From contig UYFQ01000154.1 of the NCBI GenBank assembly GCA_900617105.1, forward strand, positions 119,336 through 139,335: a DNA stretch of 20,000 nt, read 5' to 3'. The notes beneath the pieces are model-generated. The model was given only the letters and a program-made list of their open reading frames with translations, had not been told where the DNA came from and made no database searches. The stretch is from Hydrurus foetidus (Eukaryota). This document shows, one piece after another, positions 12,760-20,000 of the stretch (positions within the stretch are counted from its first letter, which is position 1; each line of letters opens with the position of its first letter). Made by a program: the position numbers and the translations under genes.

Positions 12760-13970
12760 ATCAAAAAATCAAATACAATACATGGAAATAGATATAAACA
12801 AAAAATAAATGAGACAAGTCATAGAGGCGCAGAATTATTTACAAAATTTCAATTGATACAATTAAATGATCAAGTTAGAGCAGCAAATGATGTCCAACAG
12901 ATGGAAACCATACTTAATTTAAGAAGTTTTAATGGCAACAATGTTTCCGATAAATTATTAAAATCATTAATATATAATAATACACTGACCAAAAATGATT
13001 TTATTAATGAAGAAACAAATCATGTTACTCAGCACCTCTTGCCGTTACATCAAATACTGAAAGAGATAATTTAATTTTTTTAGAGCTAAACAATGGGCGC
13101 AAAATAATGGTGTACCAATATTGACGTGGAATATTCAATGCACAGGAGCAATAATGAATTATTTAAAGGACTCTTATACAGAGAAAGATATTTATCACAA
13201 ACAAAGTGGACTTTTATCTTATTTTGTTCAAGGGGCAATGTCTTACATAACAGAAAATATTAACCCTAAGAAAGGCTTAGCGAACGGAACAACAGTATTC
13301 ATGCATTCCTTGACATTTTCTGAAGAGGACAAACTATGTGAAGATTATAAAGTATTTCTTAATCAAATTAATAATTCATTACCAGGAGAACACATCCACA
13401 TTCACAATATAATACCTAAATACATAAATGTAGAAATAAATATAACAAAAGATCTTCAACCCCTATGGAAGGGAAATGAAACCATAATAAAAGATAAATA
13501 CCTTATTCCTATTGGATTTAAGTCAAGAACAGAAAAAACAAAAATAAATATTAAAATAAATTGAAAACTCCATAGAAATATAACCATAACAAAACAAAAA
13601 GAACACCGTGTAGAATTAGCTTTTGTAATCACATTTCATAAATTACAAGGTAAAATAATACCTAAGTTATAATAGAATTAAATGAGAGGCCTTTCCCTCC
13701 CTCTATAACCTACATTGGTTTCCTCGTTGCTTTATCACGCGTAACAAAAAGATCACATTTACGTATAATGCCTGTAATGCCTGGGTCAGACATACAATAT
13801 CTAAAGACATTGAAACCAGACGAAAATTTAGAAATTTGGCTCTGAGGATTTAATAATAATGGTATTTGGGACAAGAGATTATGTAAAGAATTCTTTGATA
13901 ACAAAATATCAATAAAAGAAAGTGAAAAATCCACTAAATCAAATAGAAGAAAAAAAAATGCAAAAATGGT
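12760..13970 (+). pseudogene. Decayed PIF1-family (SF1B) helicase, C-terminal half, Helitron-like
   Basis: Motifs across frames: LFTKFQLIQLNDQVRA (motif IV region), AVTSNTER, ITENINPKKGLANGT, VELAFVITFHKLQG (motif V), LVALSRV (motif VI). In-frame TGA at 13562 and 13843 and several frameshifts. Walker A/B region is absent. Confidence 0.85.
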
Positions 13971-14329
13971 AAATTAATTTCCAATTTAATAGACTAAAAA
14001 ATTGGTAGAAGAAAAAATACTTATACAGCCTTTAAGAGATAAAAACTTAATTCAATTAAATGATCTACTTCTTGATATTGAAATTTTTCCAGACATTATT
14101 CATCAATTAACAATCAATGCATACCATTCTATATGGAGAAATACTTATGAAACCCATATTGTTCTAAACATCAATAACAATGAAGTTAATTTAGGAATTC
14201 AAAAATGTTAGTCAATAACAAACACCCAAATACAATTATCAGAACAATATATGCAGCTCGCTCAACGGATGGTTGATGACAATTATACTCACGATGGTAT
14301 GCCAAATTGTTTACAAATATACGCACATA

Positions 14330-14499
14330 ATCCAACTGACGTACTAAGTTTAGAGCACCATAATTGGCTTACAGGTTCCATTATGAACTCTTTTTTAGAT
14401 ACAATCGACTTAAACGCTGATAATGGATCGCATAAAAAATTGATGAATATGTTACATACCCCTTTTTACGGTTTATTAACTACAGCATTACCACGCCAT
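14330..14499 (+). pseudogene. N-terminal part of a Ulp1/SENP (peptidase C48)-like domain, truncated by the LTR insertion
   Basis: DVLSLEHHNWLTGSIMNSFL...MLHTPFYGLL resembles the C48 pattern DL..L....WLND.IIN.Y....F.TFFY..L. It is in the same frame as helicase motif VI. The catalytic His/Asp/Cys are not in the window. Confidence 0.55.
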
Positions 14500-14717
14500 T
14501 GTAGTCCGAATGGCAAAAGAGAGGAAGGAAAGGAGAGGAGCTGAAGTCTTAGTTACAGGGGAAAGCCGTAGCTAGGGTAACTTCTACGTGGACTAGCTAG
14601 ATGATAGCAGAGTACATGTTGTAAGGGTGAGGCTGGAAGCCTACGACCCTGTAGACCGATCTGTAGACCGATAGTCCTAGAAGCTCATAATGCCATACTA
14701 AATGGCATATGGCTACA
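14500..14717 (-). repeat. 3' LTR of chromovirus #1 (218 bp)
   Basis: TGTAG...CTACA inverted termini. Composition shifts at 14500. An adjacent PPT reads GGAGATAAGTAGGAGTAG on the minus strand (14718-14735). Internal 12-bp tandem CTGTAGACCGAT x2 at 14649-14672. The partner LTR is not in the window. Confidence 0.75.
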
Positions 14718-15109
14718 CTACTCCTACTTATCTCCACAGAGAATGACCCTACTCCCACTTATCTCTAATTAAGCTATTTTTCAAAAAATAAAAAAAATAA
14801 AAAAATTATACTAACATATTTACATGAAAAGTAATTCGATTACAGAAATATAAAAGAAAAAGAAAAGATTTCAATATAAAATAGTAAAAACAAAATTTAA
14901 CAAAATAACAAAATTTAAAGAGAGTCGGGAGTGGTCGTGGAAATAAGTTTATTTTGTAAATCAATACAAATTAATGTATGTACAAAATAACATATATTAT
15001 GATGTGGGTATGTCAGATTCTTACTGACTAAAAAACCATAAAAACCCAGAGGGCAAAAAATTAGGCTAAAAATCTTCAAAAGATACCACTCATAATAACA
15101 AATTAATGT

Positions 15110-18100
15110 TTAGAAGTTTTTAGGCATCAATTTCTTGAGCTTTTGATTTGAACGAAGATAATCGTGTAATTTGTCGCATGTTCTTAATGCATTCCATGGT
15201 TCCCATGAATTATGTGAATCATCGTAATTGAGCCATTTTACTTTAAAAAAACAACGAATTTAATCGTTTTGTGTCTCCACGATGTTCTACAATGGATTCA
15301 ACAAAGAATTCCATATAATCTCGTCTAGCAATATCTGGAGCAGATGTTCTTGAAGGATCAAAAATAAACTGCTTCAGATTACTTGCATGGGTAATTCGTT
15401 CAGATTTATTCACTAAATTAAGTAATGTGTATTCTGAATCGATATACGAAATGACCTGAAATGGTCCCTGCCATTTAGTGTGTAAACGAGTGGGTGGCCC
15501 CACAGCATACTTTGCTAAAACATATGAACCAACTGGAAATACAGTTAATGGTTTGGCATTTTTCACTAAATGTCTTGCTTTTGCTAGTGTTACTTTTGCA
15601 ATTGCATTTAGCATTATTTGATCTTGTATGTATAACATATTAGATATAAGAGCTGAGCTCTTTTCAGTGTTTCGAATTACCGGATTGGGTATAAGAATAC
15701 CTCTATCAAGATTTACTTGATTCCCGAACAACATACTAGCAGGTGCTACGCCTGTAGTTTCGTGTATAGAACTATTTATAATTCTTTGTACAAATGGAAG
15801 ACTTAATCTGTAGTTATCTACATCATTAGTTTCGAAGGTTAATGCGCGAAGATGTCTGTTGACTTCTCTGTTAGCACGTTCAACTACCCCATTTTCTTGT
15901 TTAGAATAAGATAATGTAAGGTTGTGTGGAGTACCTGTTAAAACAAGAAACTCTTTAATCAAATCGTTTGCGAAATGAGAACCTTTATCAGATCTAATCA
16001 TATTGGGAGCGCCGTAGCGACCAAAATGTTGCAAGAGTGCCTCACATGCTGATTTAGCAGTGGCATCTTTGCAATGGAAAAGTTCAATCCATTTAGAAAA
16101 TGTGTCAATAATAACAAGAACGTATGAATCGTCTGGGTATGGCCCGATAAAATCGATATTCACGACGTCAAAAGGTCGGTTAGAAGAAGTCACATAATGT
16201 TGAACTTCAACCGGTACCTTTATCATGCTCATCTTTTGACAGCATGGGCAAGATGCAATGAACATACGTACGTGCTGTCGCATATACTTCCATGCATGAC
16301 CTAAACTGAAAAGTTTGGTAAGAGTTCTAGAAGAACCACCATGTCCAACTATTGCGTTGTGACATTGTTCCATCCATTCAAGTTGTTCTGGATTAGGTTC
16401 AGGTATAACTGTCAGTGCAGATAATACTATTTCATTATTACTAGTAGCTACCGGTGTGAACGGTAAAGCTAACTTAGCTATGTTGGGACAAAGTCTTGAT
16501 AGACCGTCCGCTAGCTGATTTTGTGTGCCTTTCACAAATATAACTTTGAAATTTAATTCTTGTAAAGCTATAAACCACCGTGACACCATTGAAGTTGGTG
16601 TTTGTTTCATATATGTAATGTTTTTATGATCGGTATGTATTTCAAACTCACGATCTCTAATTAAAGAATCAAGTTGTTGACACGAGTAATAGATAGCAAC
16701 AACACACCACCGATTCCATAATCTGATGCGTCAGTGTATAACTTAATAGTTGACTTTTCATCAAGAAAATACATTAGAGGGCATCTTGATATAGCCACTC
16801 TTACGTGTTGGAATGCTAGTATAGCACTAGGTGTCCAAATAATTGGTGATTTTTTGTGAGCTTTAGAATCAACTAATCTCTGTAAAGGTGCGACTATAGT
16901 AGAGTGATTTGGTACAAATCCTCTAAAATAGTTCGCAAGACCCAGTAACGAGCGAAGTGCTGTTAAAGTCTGTGGTCTTGGAAAGTTGAGTATAGACTCA
17001 ATTTTTGTCTCAGACATGGATAATCCGTCTTTTGAGATTGTACGACCAACATACTCTAGGCTTTTACAACCATATTTGCATTTCTTTGCTTTTAGCAAAA
17101 TGCGAAATTCACGTAAACGTAAAAATATATCTCTCAGTCTACTAAGAAACTCTGCAAATCCCCGGCCATATATAATTATATCGTCAAGATATATTTCGCA
17201 TATCATATATATGAGACCGCGAAGGACTTTGGTGGCCATCTGCTCTTGGAAGTAAGAGGGAGCACACCTAGGTCCAAAGGGGAGTCTAGTAAAATGGAAT
17301 ATGCCTGCATAGCATATGAATGCCGTAAAATGGCGATGTGGTTCATAAAGCGGAGCTTGATGGTAACCGGCAGTTAAGTCCATTACACCGAAAATATCGG
17401 CTTGGTGACGGCCAATGCGTTCAAAAAGACCCCGAATATTCGGTAGCGGAAAACTAGCTGGTTGCATGCACGCATTTAAGAGTCTGTAATCGATGCAGAA
17501 TCGATACGTATCAGCTGTCTTTTGTACTACTACAGGGTGACTGTAATAGACTGCACTCGAAGATTCGATGATACCTAATGAAAGCATCTCGTCTAAGGCT
17601 TTTTATTTCAATCTCTTTACGAGATGATTGGGGTCGGACCGGGGTCCGGTTTGCGGATATTTCCCATTCTTGTTCCCTCACATCCAGTCTAAACGGATCT
17701 AGTTTAGCTGGTAGAGTTGCAATTTTATTGCTGAACAAGTCGCGAAACTCTAAGCAGAGAAGTTTCATTGCAATTATTTGGTCTTCCATACCAACGAAAG
17801 TTATTTCGTCAAGAAACTTGTCTGACCCGTTACTGTCGGGCGGTAAATCAGGGCTAGTCCCTTGGAGGAAAGGTCCGAAAGTATCGGTTTTCTCACTGTC
17901 AATCTCATCGTTACTGATAATGACAACACTTGGCGAGTGGCCTAAAGTGTCATGCGTTTCGTCGTTAAGAAACCCTGGTGTCGGAGGGATGTAATCTAAT
18001 CCATCTTCGGGAGGTGTATCACCGTCACGAGTCAGTTCAGGGTGAACGATACTCCCATAAACTGCCCGACCCCTCTCACAGCCGGCCTTTGGAGTAGCTA

Positions 18101-18658
18101 ATTCCAATAATGCCGGGCAGGACCCTGTCCCGGACGAACAACATGAGTGACCACAGATAGTCAGTCTTTCCCCTTCGGTTGTAGGTTGTTCGAAGTCCCT
18201 TAGGATATTAGAAGTAGAAGAAAGTTGTGTTACAACTGACTGTTCTTCGATAGGTAAGATTTTTGAATTTTTTATCAAATTTTTATTAATCCTATCACTA
18301 GATAATATTGTTGTGAACCGTTGCGAAAGCAACGGTCCGACATCAGGTAGTTCGTCGCACGCTGAGCAATCGAAACTTGCTGAGGGAATTAGTTTGTGTT
18401 CCTCACTTATCCCAAAAGCGAAAGGAGTTAATTTAAAAAACGAGTATTTATTTAAAGAGACTCTGCCAATAATTAAGTCTATGAGCGACGATTCTTTGAC
18501 CCTTACAGTCAAATATATGGTATGGCATACATTATTAATCGATTTGAAATTAATACCTATATCGATTACAGTATTATTACTATAGCAAGTACCATCTAAG
18601 CCACTACACACAACCAAAGGTATAGGTGAAGTATAGCAAAGATGTAAAGCATTTCAAC
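15110..18658 (-). pseudogene. pol: pol polyprotein of chromovirus #1 (protease C-half, RT, partly deleted RNase H, integrase, chromodomain)
   Basis: PR DLIIGR. RT YRFCIDYR, DLTAGYHQ, LPFG, YLDD. RH TDASDYGIG, TDHKN. IN H..GH..CPCC, IDFIG, SDKGSHF, NGVVERAN, WQGPF. Chromodomain KVKWLNYDDSHNSWEPW follows a frameshift in the A7 run at 15245-15251, with stop at 15110-15112. Further breaks at ~16700 and 17600-17604. Confidence 0.95.
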
Positions 18659-18662
18659 TTAA

Positions 18663-19236
18663 CCCTTAGCCGCTCACCACGATTTGGACACATGTGTCCA
18701 AAATACCCCCTCTTGCGGAAATACGGAATACTCGCAATCTACGTGTCCGCTCAAGATATTTGATACAGATTCTGAAAGAGCTTTCAATTTTACATCGAAA
18801 ACAATTCTAAAAAAGCTCAAAATTTTTTTTTTTTTTTGCTTGACTTTTTTTTTTTTTACCCACCCAAAAAAAAAGAAAAAGCTCTAAGGCTACGGAGGTC
18901 ATAACTTTTTCAAAAAAACTTTTTTTGACTTTTTTTCTCGTAGGACTTATTTATAAATGTGTGTTACAATTTATTATGTAACTAGTTGCTTGAGCTAAGG
19001 TCCTAAAAGCATTTTGTTTTATATGGTACTAACGTGTATGAAATTCCTCAAAACAACTCATGTCACATAGATATGCATCGCATTTTTTGCATTTGGTACT
19101 GACTTTTTGTTTACAAACACGACATCCACCACGAATAAGCTTTCCTTCACCATGGAAATGCTTTATTTTCACTGGCCAGTGAGATTTGAGGTCATATTGC
19201 GCGGCTGAGTCTACCTTTTTTCTCTTCTTATACTGC
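18663..19236 (-). mobile_element. piggyBac DNA transposon, 3' end
   Basis: TTAA (18659-18662) followed by terminus CCCTTAGCCGCTCACCAC. A subterminal perfect 20-bp palindrome TTTGGACACATGTGTCCAAA lies at 18683-18702. The transposase C-terminus is at 19029-19235. Confidence 0.9.
19029..19235 (-). pseudogene. piggyBac transposase C-terminal cysteine-rich domain (68 aa fragment, cut by LTR #2)
   Basis: Manual translation: QYKKRKKVDSAAQYDLKSHWPVKIKHFHGEGKLIRGGCRVCKQKVSTKCKKCDAYLCDMSCFEEFHTR*. This fits the HxP..CxxC..CxxC...LC...CF..FH signature, preceded by a basic NLS-like stretch. Confidence 0.9.
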
Positions 19237-19453
19237 TGTGGCCTAACTATGGGCTCTGCGGTGGGTCTAATGGGACGGGGCGCGAGGGCAAGAGGAAGGC
19301 AGCTGTTGTGCTGGTGCTATTGCTAAAGAGATGTGGTTAGCTTACAGATAAACACAGCGATAGGCAAGTCATGAATCGGATGGCTCGGATCGTCCCCGAT
19401 CCGAACCGAACGTACGCCTGTACCCGTACAGCTGTACAGCTGTGCGGGTCACA
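19237..19453 (-). repeat. 3' LTR of chromovirus #2 (217 bp)
   Basis: TGTGGCC...GGTCACA termini (6/7 inverted match). A GC-rich block starts where the transposase fragment is cut. A PPT-like AAAGAGAGGGG lies on the minus strand at ~19458-19468. Confidence 0.7.
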
Positions 19454-19664
19454 ATGGCCCCTCTCTTTGGAAGAAAAGGTGTACTAAATTTTTCATTAAC
19501 AACTTATCTATGTCTAAATACTAACATAAAACTACTATCTCAGACTGAAAACATAAAGTTCGTACTGAGTAAACCTCCCTAAAATCTGTTAGGATGAAAA
19601 TTGGGAGTAATCTTTATGATTTAGTGTTTTTTTGTAAACCTTTGTGTTTTATACTGTGTATCGG

Positions 19665-20000
19665 TTAACGATAATTTGCAGCAAATTTACTTGGAATCAA
19701 GTGTTTTAAGGTTTTTAGCAATTAAGAACTCGTGGACTTTTCAGCGTCACGCATGTTTTCCACGGTTCCCAAGTGTTTCTGTCGTGGGGATAGTTTAGCC
19801 ATTTGACGTGAAACTTTAATGTTCCCACCACTCGGATGTTCCCTTCCATTACTAGGATATCTTCGATAAAGAATTCGAGATAATCTCGTCAGGCGATATC
19901 GGTTGGGTTGACCTTTGTAGGGTCAAACTCAAATTGTTTAATATTTGATACATGGTATCTTTTCTCGCGGTTGGTAATAAGGTCGAGTAGTGTATACTCT
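19665..20000 (-). pseudogene. pol: Integrase C-terminus and chromodomain of chromovirus #2
   Basis: EYTLLDLITNREKRYHVSNIKQFEFDPTKVNPTDIA*RDYLEFFIEDIL...KFHVKWLNYPHDRNTWEPWK aligns by eye with element #1 (EYTLLNLVNKSERITHASNLKQFIFDPSRTSAPDIARRDYMEFFVESIV...KVKWLNYDDSHNSWEPWN). In-frame TGA at 19889-19891 and frameshifts in A-runs. Confidence 0.92.

Larger units (their letters stand above)
14500..18662 (-). mobile_element. Ty3/Gypsy chromovirus LTR retrotransposon #1 (3' LTR to mid-protease; the remainder is displaced beyond the window)
   Basis: PR-RT-RH-IN-chromodomain order, with a 3' LTR and PPT. Confidence 0.95.
19237..20000 (-). mobile_element. Ty3/Gypsy chromovirus LTR retrotransposon #2, 3' end
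   Basis: 3' LTR, PPT, 3' UTR and integrase C-terminus with chromodomain. Confidence 0.9.

Noticed and set aside
14500..14544. C-terminus CSPNGKREEGKERS of ORF 14251..14544
   Set aside because: It is read-through into the LTR, not part of the original protein.
17595..17610. Programmed ribosomal frameshift between ORFs 17511..18617 and 16661..17587
   Set aside because: The break lies inside pol (EIKKALDEMLSLGII once one A is restored), not at a gag-pol boundary. A homopolymer indel is simpler.
16986..18585. Plus-strand ORFs 16986..17255, 17578..17994, 18313..18585
   Set aside because: They are antisense shadows of pol.

Overview
AT-rich eukaryotic DNA with GT-AG introns and microsatellites, probably a protist (stramenopile-like is only an inference). 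The left part (1-12.3 kb) holds host genes: a 5'-partial, 7-exon ankyrin-repeat gene (+), a few decayed or uncertain coding patches, a small secreted-type ORF with an internal duplication, and a two-exon PIG-X/PBN1 gene (-). From about 12.75 kb to the end the window is a four-layer nest of transposons with junctions readable at or near base level. A decayed PIF1-helicase plus Ulp1(C48)-protease-like element (+) is cut at 14500 by a Ty3/Gypsy chromovirus (-). That chromovirus is cut inside its protease at a TTAA (18659-18662) by a piggyBac element (-). The piggyBac transposase is cut at 19237 by a second, different chromovirus (-). The ORF track misses the piggyBac transposase tail and both chromodomains. 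Many single-base frameshifts sit in homopolymers and may be assembly errors.
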